From Camelus ferus (Eukaryota), in assembly GCF_009834535.1 (NCBI RefSeq), contig NC_045697.1, forward strand, positions 108,130,001 through 108,194,000: 64,000 nt of DNA, read 5' to 3'. Both the position numbers and the translations under genes were made by a program. Below, piece by piece: positions 12,297-23,789 of this stretch (the stretch's first letter is position 1; every line of letters starts with the position of its first letter). The notes beneath the pieces were generated by a model. It had not been told where the DNA came from. It saw only the letters and a list, made by a program, of their open reading frames with translations, and ran no database searches.

Positions 12297-12686
12297 TTTT
12301 TTTTAATTGAAGTATTGTTGATTCATAATGTGGTGTTAATTTCTGGTGTACAGCATAATGATTCAGTTATACGTGTATACATATATTCTTTTTCATTATA
12401 GGTTATTAGAAGATATTGAATATAGTCTTCTGTGTTATACAGTAGGACCTTGTTGTTTATGTATTTTATATATAATAGTTTGTACCCTATGACCCAGCAG
12501 TCTCACTCCTGGGCATATAACTGGAGAAAATGCTAATTTGAAAAGACACATGCACCCCATTGTTCATAGCAGCACAATTTACAACAGCCAAGACATGGAA
12601 GCAACCTAAATGCCCATTGACAGATGATTGGATAAAGAAGATGTGGTATATTTATATAGTGGAGTACTACTCAGCCATAAAAAAGA
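12297..12686 (-). mobile_element. L1 with 5' inversion (antisense 12297-12485, sense 12486-12686)
   Basis: Poly-T plus antisense 3' UTR abuts a sense ORF2-end segment; TSD agagggcctgtttgg (12282-12296) / agagtgcctattttg (12684-12698). Confidence 0.9.
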
Positions 12687-13181
12687 GTGCCTATTTTGAA
12701 ACACAGAGGGTTTGTCTCTAAGGACCCTGTTGGCACCTGTGATGAGGGTGATGTCTGTCATGGCAGTGGCAGGACACACATTGTGAAGAGTTAGGACTGT
12801 GATGGAAGGAGATGTAGCAGCTGAGGGTGTAGATCATCTGTTCCTAGAGTTTGGCACTGAAAGGCTCAAAAGTTGCTCTGCCAGGGAGCAGAGGTCCAGT
12901 GAGTGGGAGGAGCTGGATGAACATAATGAAAGTGTGACAATGCTTAGAAAAGTAGGAAGTGCCTTACAGACTGAACAAAAGAATGTAAAAACAGGAAAAT
13001 ACTTAACTGTCATCTTTGCCTAATTAAACGTAATAGGCAGATTAATGATAGTCTCCAAATGTCATACACATCAGGTAACTGGCTTCCTCTGGACTGACTG
13101 GATCACTGATGTGGGACACATGTTCCAAAGTCCTGTTCCTTATTGTCCCAATTGTCACTTTTGTATTTTAAGAAGAGATCT

Positions 13182-13359
13182 TGCTATATTCAATAACTTG
13201 TTGTAACCTGTAATGGAAAAGAATCTGAAAAAAAAAGGATATATATATATATATCTCTGAATCATTTTGCTGTACACCTGAAACTAACACAACGTTGCAA
13301 ATCAACAATATTTCAATTAAAAAAAAGAATAAAGCTATTTGGATAAGGGAGGAAAAAAA
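13182..13359 (+). mobile_element. Short L1 3' end with extra 3' segment and second A tail
   Basis: aatggaaaagaatctgaaaaa...gctgtacacctgaaactaacaca...; perfect 12-bp TSD aagaagagatct at 13170-13181 and 13358-13369. Confidence 0.92.
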
Positions 13360-13702
13360 GAAGAGATCTGACTGTGAGTAATGGGAAGGCGTGGGCTTGC
13401 TGAGTAACTACACTTTCATCACTGCTTCTCTCTACCTGCCCGAGACTTCCCACAGACTGCCTCTGCAGAGCTCGGCTCCTGTAAGATCCCCAAACTGCTA
13501 CAACCACCTCCTCACTGTGTACCATCCCGCTGGTGAGTAACCAGTGGCCTGCCACCCACCTGAGGCACTTTGTCAGGAACACCATCCTACAAGCTACCTC
13601 TACTAAATGCTCACCAAACTAACAACTTTCATCTGAAATTCCCTTAAGGAGGGCACATTACAAACCAGGCCTTTATTACTCTCTTGGAACTGCCCATACT
13701 CC

Positions 13703-14212
13703 AGTGAAAGAAAAATACTGCCAACCATATTAGTAAACAAAGGATGCTGTCGCCATCAAGTCATCAGCCGCTATCGCCCCCTGCCCCCGCCCTGACAGTG
13801 AGCGGAGGGAACTCAGGATGAAGATAAGCAGGCAGCCCGGCCTCTGCTGCCACCCCCGACGGTGCCCCTGAGGGAACTCAGGATGGGAAAGCACCGGACA
13901 CCGGCCCTAGAGAGCCAGGTGCATATCAAAGGAATGATTTCAATAAGCCCAGACCTTTGCACCTTCCCATATATAGAAAAGTGCTAAATTCCTTGATTTG
14001 GGGTATCTGGTTTTCTTTAATTAACTGTAATCTTTTGATGTTCCAACTACCTGGTCTTTGTGGCAAAACTATATATCCTGGCTCCTTGCCTGCCTCTTTG
14101 GAGAAGTGGCTTAGAGCGATCTGAGAGGCTGCCTCCCAGGCTTGAGCCCTCAGTAAGTCCACCAAATAAAACATAACTCTCAACTTTCAGGTTGTGCATG
14201 TCTTAGTCAACA
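13703..14212 (+). mobile_element. ERV1-class solo LTR
   Basis: (A)GTGAAAG...GTCAACA termini, TATA-like ctatatatcc (about 14069), AATAAA at 14165, internal direct repeat gagggaactcaggatg (x2); homologous to 33066-33586. Confidence 0.88.
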
Positions 14213-14539
14213 ACCCTGAGTGGCTGTCTCTGGAGCCACATCCCTCTACCTGTGCATGACAGATGCTTTGTAGCTGGGGCCAGCTTCAGCATCAGTTGGC
14301 CACAAACAGGTGAGGGGAGAACCAGCGTTAAAGGTCCAATCAACGTGGGTGATGTTTTCCTTGTGTCTTATCTTCCAGGATCTACATCGACATTTTTCCT
14401 GCCTGGATTCTGTGTTGAATAATAAAAGCTACAACTTATTGAATAATGACTTTCAGCAGAGTACTTGACACATGTTATTTCTGGTCCTTATAACAGTCTG
14501 GCAGGGTAGGTACTTGGTGGGGACACGCAAAGATGCTGC

Positions 14540-14760
14540 CCACCTGTGGGAGTGCAGTTGGCAGACAGCCCCCACCTGCCAGCTCTTCCGGGTCTTCCTG
14601 CCCCTAGTGACGAACAGAGTGAGTGTGTAATGCCGGCCACTTCAGCCCAACGTGGGCCATCTATCAGGTCTGTCCGATCCTGCCCCTCCCTTCCTTTCAC
14701 AGGTGCTGATCCCTAATAAACACCTTGCACCCCAAACTCCATCTCAGAATTTGCTTCTAA
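14540..14760 (+). mobile_element. LTR16-like ERVL LTR fragment
   Basis: cctgcccctcccttcctttcacaggtgctgatccctaataaacaccttgcaccccaaactccatctcag is the LTR16-type 3' end. Confidence 0.7.
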
Positions 14761-14900
14761 GCCTCAGTTTTCCTAGTCTATAACAAGCCAACAACACCTC
14801 CTCTTAGTTATTAAGATTATGCTAAAGATTAAATGAGATCATGCAAGTTAGAGCACGTTATACAATGGCTGGCATCAGGAACATGTTCCATAAATGCTGG
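14761..14900 (+). mobile_element. MIR SINE
   Basis: gcctcagttttcct...aagattaaatgagatcatgcaag...ataaatgctggct core. Confidence 0.75.
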
Positions 14901-16399
14901 CTGGTCCATCGTAGCCCGAAGGCGCACGGCTAGAAAGTTTCAGACCCAGGTTTCCAACTCGTCTGCCTCACCCTGGAGCAGACTACAAAGCAGGTTCAGA
15001 ACTCTCTCATGAGACTTCTCTTTTGCTGCTTTGTTTCATGGATATTTACCTATTTTCATATCTCTGCCTTCCAGACACTGAAGACCTGGGAACAGGAATG
15101 ATGCTGTATCCACCCTCAATGCTCGAGGCGCAGCAGGCACCTTACACATGGGGAGATGCTTGGTTGCAGTTTAATGATTGAATGACTGATGACATCTCCA
15201 ATGATTTTAAACTTCCTGTGGGGCCTGAAGAAAAATTCAGATTACTTAAAATGCCCAGGTTTTACTTGGTTTCTGGGTTTCTTCATCTTCTCTGCCTGTT
15301 GATGGGATTCCCTAAGCAAATAACCCTAAATAGCTGCCTCCCTGAACAGGTCAGGAAGGTAACCACGTTGGACCAAGCTGCAGGGGCTTGCGTGAGAGGC
15401 TCGAGCTAGGAACACACAGATGCGCTGCCGCCCACACAGCTCAACCCCCTTGGGGTTTTGGTTGTGCAGAGGGCACTGGGCTGGCCCTCCCACTGCCCTC
15501 GGCCTGGGCTGCTTGCTCTGTGGTGAGGGGTGTGCAGGAAGCTCCCCTACCTCGCACCTTCCTCCTAGCAAAAGAGTCTTCCTGATGGGTTTTCTCCCCC
15601 ACTTTTAGGAGCCAAGTAGATGGATGTAAGACTGGGAGGATTCCTCCAAATTCTGAAAAGTGGGATTGCAATAGTTTCTAAGGACAGACTCTGGCAGAAT
15701 AATCTTAGGAGAAGGTCACACTAACACATCATGAGACAAGTTGGCTTTGGTGAGGCAATCTCTTCTTGATCTTTCTGATCTTCTCAAGACCCTTCCTTTC
15801 CACAAGAGATGGGAACTCACTATCAGGTAGCTGTAGTCCCAGTTTTGAGAAACTGTATTTTTCCTTTTGTCTGCCTCTATTCCCCTTCACGTCTGAGGGA
15901 GAGTTTAAACAGGTGAAGGGTTTAATGTCCTAGTCACTTTCAGCAGAAACAAATCTTTAAAAAGGAACCCAAAGTGGCCGATGCTTAACCTGAAGGTTTT
16001 AAGGGTGAAATTTTAGACCCCATGACACATGACACCTTCCCACCCCTGCAATTGCCTGTGCTGTCTTCAAGTCAGGTCCTGCTCACTATTTCTGCACCAG
16101 ACAATCCAGCAAATACTGTGCATGTGTGAGATGCTACATATTTAGGTAAAGGTATTATTATAATCTAAGCTCTTTAGGGCCAGAGGACGTCACATGATTT
16201 GATGATGTAGTTACAGGAAGCAGAGTAGGAGAAATTAAGGCATATATGACTAAGAAATAGGGAAATCATTTTATTTTTAGATGAGAATTAAAGTAAGATG
16301 GAACTAATGAGGCAGAAAGCAGTTTGGATTTAAGTTAGAATGCCTCCTTGGGGAGATAGTAGGGTAAGATATACATGCTGCATGGCTTTGGATCCATTG

Positions 16400-19350
16400 C
16401 CTTTCTTTTCATTAAAAAAAATCCCCACCAGTTATAAAATAATATTGCTTAGTATAGAAATTTAATCAATATAATTATAATTATAGAGATGAAAATTAAA
16501 AGCCATCCAAAAAAGTTCTACTCCTTAGATTCAGTCAGTCTTGACATTTTGAGATGTTCTTTAATGGCCTTTATAAATTATATACATATATGTTAAATTT
16601 TTTGAGAAACAGTTTGGTTTAAGAGGATGTCCATGTAGTTTGTAAATGATAGTAAATGTCACATGTACTGCCTTTGGATTTCCAGGCCTGTTCTAATAAC
16701 GTGACATGGATTTATCCCTCCAGCCATGGCCAGTATTAAGGATGATAGCACTACTTTGTGCTGGTTGTGTGGTGGTTGTATTTAGCATATTTACTGAAAT
16801 CTCTACTAATTCTAATAGTTCATGGACTTTCTTGTATTTTCTATATCATAAAAATGTATTATCTGTGAATAATGATAATGTTGTTTCTTCCTTTTTAATC
16901 CATTTATCTCTGATTTCCTTTTTCTTATCGCTGTTGGAAAAGACCTCTTGTAGAACAATGCTGAGTAGAAGCTGGGATGAAGCACAAGGTGTCATGTAAA
17001 GCTGTAATGCTTTAAAAGTATAAAATTAAAGTGTCACTCATAATAGAACTATTCACAAACTACAAATGGAAAATACCTTCTTTGATGAAAAGCATCTACC
17101 AAAAACCTACTAAGAATATTTTGCTTTTGAAACATGGTGCTCATGTCCAGGAGGATAAATGCTTGTCATATTATTGGAGAGGGCCTCCCTAGAAATCAAA
17201 AGGTAACAGACATGAATGTTGTTCACATATTACAATGGACATTTTTCTAAATCAAAGCCTTTGTGTAAAAAACTAACATATGTTTATATAATTTCTAAAG
17301 GCCATTAGGGAATATGCTAAATATCAAGAATTGTTGACCTAAGATAATGGGATTTATATTTATGAAAGACAAGCACGTTTTAAAGCAAAAAATTTTGTAG
17401 AGATAAAGATAAACGTTACATAGTTATGGAAAACATTTACTAGGAAGATAAAGCATATTAAAAAAAATCTGATAATCTCTGTCTTATTTAATGAGTAAAT
17501 ATGCCTGTATTTATTTTGAATATTTCTGTAGTTAGAAGTAAAAGTACTATTTCTATTTTGTCAGGGTTATTCTTGAACGTTTAGCCTGTAGACTTGATTT
17601 AAGAAAGTTAACATTAGATCAATATGTCTATTCTCCTCAGAACAATAGAAAGACCGTTGGGTGCTTTAACTTTGGGGACTGTCATCTGTCATCCATGTCA
17701 TTTAATATTTTGGGTTGGTTTTGTTTTTAAACTTCCTAAAATTAGTCATTTTTATTACATATAATATTTTTGTTTTTCTAAAGTTTCTGCAGATGATGCT
17801 TATTTAGATTTTCCCTGGAATTTACCAATTTATTTGGTCAAAATGTTTTGTATGTTTCACTCTATTTTCTAAGTTCAGTTTATTTTTAAATAAATAATGT
17901 CCTTCAGGAGTCTTTCACCAAAGGCCTGTGAGGGATAAATTGTCTTCATCTATTTTGCTTTGTTTTGCCCTCTCTCTGAGTAATAGTTTCTCTAGATATA
18001 TGATTCCTGTTGACAATTATATTTCCTGAATACTTTGAAGATATCATTTTACTGTATTTGGTTTCCACTTTTGCTGATGAGATATCAGTCTATTTGTTGT
18101 TCCTTTTTAGATATGTCTTTCCAATCCTTTAAATTCTTAAAATTTCTGCATTCATCTTCATCTCTTTATTTTTTGTGCTTCATTCTAAGTAACTTCCTTA
18201 TATCTGTTTTCCAGTTTACTAATTCTTTCTTTAGCTGATTCTAATCTCCTTTTTTGGGTTCTAACTTTCAATGACTATATTTTTGATATTAGAGTATCTA
18301 ATACTTTTAGTGTGTAGATATTCTTTATCTGATAATTTAAAACATTTACCTTATAATTTCTTTAACATTGTTCTATTTTTTTTCAAATTGGGGTATGAAT
18401 TTTTCTATTTATTGCATCTTCTTTGACTTCTTTGATTGTGTACACATCTTCACTGGTTTTTGTTTGTTATTGTGGTAATCTGTGACAGTGTCCTTATAGA
18501 CTGAATTTTATATGTGATATTTTTCCCAAGTTTCACCAATCTGAGACTAATTTTTCATTAGTTTTTCAGTTTGGGATTACTACCCTATGACTAAAATACA
18601 TTTGGACATTACATCTCTGTGTGTAAGAGCCTCAGGAAGTTTTTGGCTGCTCCCCACTACCCACCATGGGAAGAAACAAGTTTCATTGGTGCTTTTCTGG
18701 ACCAGTGGGTTCAATTCCCACCATTCAAGGAGGGAGATTCTGGTTTCATGGAGAGATTTCAGTTCTAACCCCCTGACCTTATATTCTCAGTGCTCTATCT
18801 TCTTTCCCAACATGGGTATAGAGGTCCTAGCTCTTAGCTGTCAGGATGTGTATCTGGATCTGGTATTCTCTTGAACTTCCCTGGTATAATTTCAAGCAAT
18901 CACACTTCTGGCTTTCAATTTCTGTTTTACTTATGTCACCTGTTCCATTTGTCCTTTCCTTCCTCTCTCCTTCACTACTTTTCTCTTTTCCTTTCCTTTT
19001 AATTTCTCAGCTATGTATTTAAATTCATTTTTAAGATTTAATTTAGCATTTCCATTTTTTTGGTAGTGAAAAGAGGTTCAGCTTACTCTTTTGTCAGAAA
19101 TGTATACCCATACTCAATTCTGCTTGCTGTTTTTTTAAAGCTAATATTAAAAGCAAAGACTTTTTTCATTTTATCACATTCTTTGTAAACATAATTTTAA
19201 TTGCAGTATGTTTAATTTTATGAATGTGCTATAATTTATTCAATTATTCCCTTAACTGAACCCTTATATTTCTTCACATTTTAAAATTATTTATTAATAA
19301 TGCTGGAGTTGACCTTGAGTATGCATTTTTCCCCATATTTTGGGCTATTT
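16400..19350 (-). mobile_element. Cluster of highly decayed old L1 fragments (mostly antisense; short sense pieces near 17080-17460)
   Basis: T-rich antisense L1 ORF1/ORF2-like tracts (gtattatctgtgaataatgataatgttgtttcttcc; ctttgaagatatcattttactgtatttgg; ttccagtttactaattctttcttagctg). Confidence 0.6.
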
Positions 19351-19354
19351 TAAT

Positions 19355-19740
19355 GTATTTATTTATTACCTTGTTTCTTCCATAAAGAAATTGGGTAGAT
19401 AAACATTTATATACAATACAAAAATTGAGTTAGGCAGAAGGGAAATTATGGATAGGAAAACAACGAAACAAAGTATAGGGTTAGCACGTAGCAGTTAATT
19501 CTACTTTTTTGTCGAATTAAGCAAAAACTTAAGGTGCCTAGAGGTGTAAGGAGAGAGAGACACATGGTTAAATTTGTGTTTCACATTGTTCATGAACTAA
19601 AATCAAATGAGTTGTTCAGGAGAAGTACATGTTTTCCCTAACATTATTATGAATGGTGTGAAGAGACCCATAGCATAGTGCTGGCATGCAATTCAGTAAC
19701 TGGTTCTAAGAGGGAGCAAAACAACACATTTCATATATAT
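19355..19740 (-). mobile_element. Possible ancient L4/RTE-X-like LINE remnant
   Basis: tatttatttattaccttgtttcttccataaagaaattg... start; similar composition to 53830-54200. Confidence 0.3.
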
Positions 19741-19785
19741 AGCTTCCCAGAAGCCTCGTTTCACCCATGCATAACATTTCATTTA

Positions 19786-20105
19786 TTTGTGTTCTCTCTC
19801 TTGTCTTCTTGGTGAACCTGGCCAGAGGTTTGTCAATTTTGTTTACTCTTTCAAAAAATCAGCTCTTGGTTTGATTGAGTTTTTTCTATTTTTTTTAATC
19901 TCTATTTTATTTGTTTCCTCCCTGATCTTTATTATTTCCTTCCTTCCGCTGACTTTAGGTTTTGTTTGCTCTTCTTTTTCTAACTCTTTTAGGTGTTAGG
20001 TTAAGTTGTTTACTTGAGATTGTTCTTGTTTTTTGAGAAAGGCCTGTATCGCTATGAACTTCCATCTTAGGACTGCTTTTGCTGCATCCCATAGATTTTG
20101 TGTGG
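19786..20105 (-). mobile_element. Internal L1 ORF2 fragment lacking 3' UTR and poly-A, flanked by a perfect 15-bp TSD
   Basis: Translates to QNLWDAAKAVLRWKFIAIQAFLKKQEQSQVNNLT (L1 ORF2 just after the endonuclease domain); ataacatttcattta at 19771-19785 and 20106-20120. Confidence 0.93.
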
Positions 20106-20329
20106 ATAACATTTCATTTAGATTATCTACCACAAGGGTCTTACTCCGGAGACTGAAACTTTCGAACTTACCTGCCAAATTGGTGTGTTGCATTTTGGCG
20201 CATAGAGGTTTGCAGTTGTTGCTGTTAATCTCGTCTTTCTGAGAGCACTGATTTCCTGTAGGCAACCACTCCACCTTCAGCTCCAAGAGGGGCTTCGGAG
20301 AGCAAGTGGCACCCCCACGGGGAGTGGGC

Positions 20330-20660
20330 AAGGTGTGAGACCTGAGTTGGCCCAGTCATAACAAGGAAGAGCTTATTTCATCCTTCTCTCTTTCCAGATC
20401 TGAACAGGAAGCCTGCAAGCTCCAGGTGCCACTGGAAGTTATCTGCCCCCACAAGCCTGTGTTAGGAAGAGCCTGATGCTGAGATGACAGAACAGAGTAA
20501 CAGAGAGAGCAGGGCTGTTGATGACATCATCCACTGATGAGTGCACTGCCTGGAATCTGCTCACGTCTAGATTTCAGCTATTTTCAGATGTTTCCTTCTC
20601 GTTGAAGGTCGTTTGAGTTACGGTTTTGTTTCTTATATCAGAAAGCATCCTAACTGATGA
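20330..20660 (+). mobile_element. MLT1 (MaLR) LTR fragment
   Basis: tgatgacatcat...gtttgagttacggttttgtttcttatatcagaaagcatcctaactgat 3' end. Confidence 0.65.
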
Positions 20661-20734
20661 GAGTTACTTAACAGTCATCAAGGAATCTATGACCAAAAAG
20701 ATGTAAAAATCATGGAGCTATAGAAACTCATGAT

Positions 20735-20965
20735 AATCATAAGAAACGTCACATATGTAAGTTTGCTGAGTGCTCCCCACTCTTTTTAGCACTCCATATG
20801 CATTCATTTATATTACCTTCGCAAGAACTCAGTGAAATTGGTATCATCATTATCATTATCCCCATTTTACAGAAATGGAAACTGAATCCTAAGAATTAAG
20901 GAACTTGGCTAAGGTCATGCAGCCCGGTTCCAGAGGCTAAATGTATGACCACCATACTGTACTGC
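20735..20965 (-). mobile_element. MIR SINE
   Basis: attatccccattttacagaaatggaaactgaatcctaag...aacttggctaaggtca. Confidence 0.85.
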
Positions 20966-21144
20966 CTCTCAGTAAAGTGCGAGTACCTCCTACACAAATA
21001 GCACCCTCCCAGCCGGGGGTTTGTGTAAAGGGTGAACAACACAGAGCCACGATTTTAATCCTTGGCGAGAGTCTGGAGGACAGCTATTCTGTGATGCCAG
21101 GTGTTGGCCGATGTACAACTGTGATAGTCAGTGAGGCAGGGAGG

Positions 21145-21340
21145 AGATCTTAATGGTTAAGAAGAGGGATTGGCATTCAGATAACCTGGGCTGAATCCTG
21201 GCTTTGCCACTTACTAGCTTTGTGATCTGATCTGTAGGAGCCTCCTTTTCCTCACCTAGAAAATGAAGGACGTGATATGTAGCTTGCAAAGTTTTGTAAG
21301 GATTAACTAAGACGGTGTACAAAGGGTAACGTCTTCTTAT
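21145..21340 (+). mobile_element. MIR SINE
   Basis: aatggttaag...cagataacctgggctgaatcctggctttgccacttactagctttgtga...aggattaa. Confidence 0.85.
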
Positions 21341-21443
21341 TGAAAGACCACAACCTAGGATGGATGGCCTCTGGCCTCTATATGAAGGTGTGGTGGGGAA
21401 GACACAGTGCAGCATTTGGAGAAAAGATTAAAAAGCAGGGGCT

Positions 21444-21706
21444 CTATTTATATAAGGTACCTAAAATAGGCAAATTCATAGAGACAAAGTAGAATCGAGA
21501 TTACCAGGGGCTAGGGGGAGGGGAAATAGGGAGTTATTATTTAATAGATAAAGAGTTTCTGTTTGAGAGGATAAAAAAATTCTGGAAATAGATAGTGGTG
21601 CTGTTACACAGCCTTGTGAAGGTACTTAAGGCCACTGAATTGTACACTTAAAGATGGTGAAACTGGTAAATTTTATGTCATGTATATTTTACCACAATAA
21701 AAAAAA
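21444..21706 (+). mobile_element. L1MB-like 3' end
   Basis: aataggcaaattcatagagac...ttaccaggggct...gccactgaattgtacacttaaa...ttttaccacaataaaaaaaa. Confidence 0.9.
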
Positions 21707-21724
21707 GTAGGAAAAAAAGCAGGA

Positions 21725-21860
21725 AGAGGAAGGGTAGAGCTCAGTGACAGAGCACATGATTAGCATGTACAAGGTCCTGGGTTCAATACCCACTACCTTC
21801 ATCAAATAAACAAACAAATAAATAAACAAACCTAATTACACCCCCCCCCCAAAAAAAAGC
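21725..21860 (+). mobile_element. tRNA-derived camelid-type SINE (vic-1-like), long form
   Basis: gggtagagctcagtgacagagcacatgattagcatgtacaaggtcctgggttcaatacccactacc, then aaacctaattacacccc and A tail; TSD aaaaagcagga at 21714-21724 and 21861-21871. Confidence 0.92.
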
Positions 21861-23189
21861 AAAAAGCAGGAGCTTGTGATGGTTACTTGTTAAGGGACTG
21901 CAGGGATGGTGATAATGATGGTTTATGAACAATGTGAGCAGAAAGTCTGGTATGAAAATTGAAAAGCCATAAAAATAATGAGATTTTATTTTTAGAGCAC
22001 TTTTAATACATATTATCTATTTGATCATAATTGTTAGTTGCATAATAGAAAAGTCAAAGGAATGATAAGCTAGAAAGGATATCAAAAGGTTATTTTTTTT
22101 GTTGCCTTGCCTTTTGGAAAAAGTGTACCTGGACCCATGCTGTGGGCTTGTTCTGTGGTGGAAGGGTTGTGACCTGCGTGTAAATTATCAGAAGGCACAG
22201 AGTTCACAGTGTCCCTGTATTAATCGAGCTAAAGCTTCCTCAGAGGCCCCACTCACTTTCCCCGTATCTTTACTGTGCATGTAGTTAAGTTTCAGGCTTA
22301 AAACTAAAAAGCTACTGAATAAAAAAAAAATTTAAAAATCACAGGCCCCCCTGTGACTAAAAGAAGTAAAAGAAAAAAAAAAACAAAAACCCTTAGCTCT
22401 AAACTTTTTAAGGAAAGTGCATCTTTATAATAACAATAAAACCCTCCCAATCAAGCCTTTAAGAGGCAGCCTGCATCCCTATCTTTGCCTGGGGCCCATA
22501 ACTATCCTTACCTAATCTTTCTCTGACAGATAAAGAGCTGCTATATCCATTCTTATGGCTCAATTTTAAACTTTATTCAGAGCAGTGCGGAGAGGGAGCC
22601 CTGGATGGGAATAAAGAATGAATGTGTGAGACCAACAAGGAGAAGAGGAATGTGGGATCACTGACTTGTACAATAGATGCTTCTAGAAAAAAAAGGCAGT
22701 TCCACAGCCCTCTGATGTGTTCAGGGCTAGTTTAGACAGACCTCTGAGACCGCAGGGCCACATCCAGGCCTGTCATGTGCAGAATTCCACATCCACTCCA
22801 GCCCAGCTTTACTTGCACTGTACCATCCTGGAGGGTCATTCTGAGGGGTAGGTATACCAGCTGGCCCCTTTTTAATGAGGCAAAAACAAGATGTTTTTCT
22901 TTCACATGCTGTGGCAAGCACATAGATGAGAAACAAGAAGAGTATGTCTGTAAGCACTGCGAGTCCTCACCAGTGGTCCCCAAGGAAGGCCATGAAATCT
23001 TCTGAGCAAGATAGCTTTAAAAATGAGACAGTTGAAGGCTCAAGATTACTTTGATTTAGCTCTGTATTAGAGGCAGATGCTTCTGAGCCTTGCGATGCTG
23101 TGTCTTCATGAAACTGATATTTGTGTTCAATATGAACTTGTTAGAAAGGCACTTTGAGAGGAATGTCGGCCCAGCTCACATAGACCCTT

Positions 23190-23590
23190 TTCTCTGTGAC
23201 CTGCTCCTCCCACATGGATGGGTGGAGGCAGCCATGTTTAAATGATTTGGTCCTGTCCTCCTGACTATGTCAGTTGGTCCACTGACCCAATCAGGGATAG
23301 TTAAATTCTCACTCCTAGGGATTTGGAATTGAGACTTAGAGTGTCTAGATTGTTTCAGTATATTTGCTAGAAGTAATATAAACTCGGAAGCCATGGAAAC
23401 AGCATCTTTCATCATATATATGGAAAGCAGGCAAAGTGGTCTATTTAGGGATAAAGAGCTAAGAGTATTGTCTAGTTTCTGTCATCTTTCTAGTCCTTGG
23501 TCCTTGTTTGTTTTTTTTTAAGGGACCACTCATGCATTTAAGACATAAACTCGCCCAAGTTGGTTTCTGTTGCATGCAACTAAGTAAAAT
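23190..23590 (+). mobile_element. Old ERVL/MaLR LTR fragment
   Basis: tgacccaatcag...ctcctagggatttggaattgagac...gttggtttctgttgcatgcaactaag. Confidence 0.55.
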
Positions 23591-23789
23591 AATTGTAAAG
23601 ATTTTTAACTCCAGTGTGGGGCGTGACATCTGTGTCTATACAGAAGATTATTAGACTGACAACTGTAATATGGATCAACCCCAAATTTGTTATTTTGGGG
23701 GTAGCTCCTATCTAGAGATGCCTGTGGTAGAGATGCTTCAGGGTCCTCTTAGTGGGGGTCCACCTCCTGTGGTCTTCAGATCCCATCTA

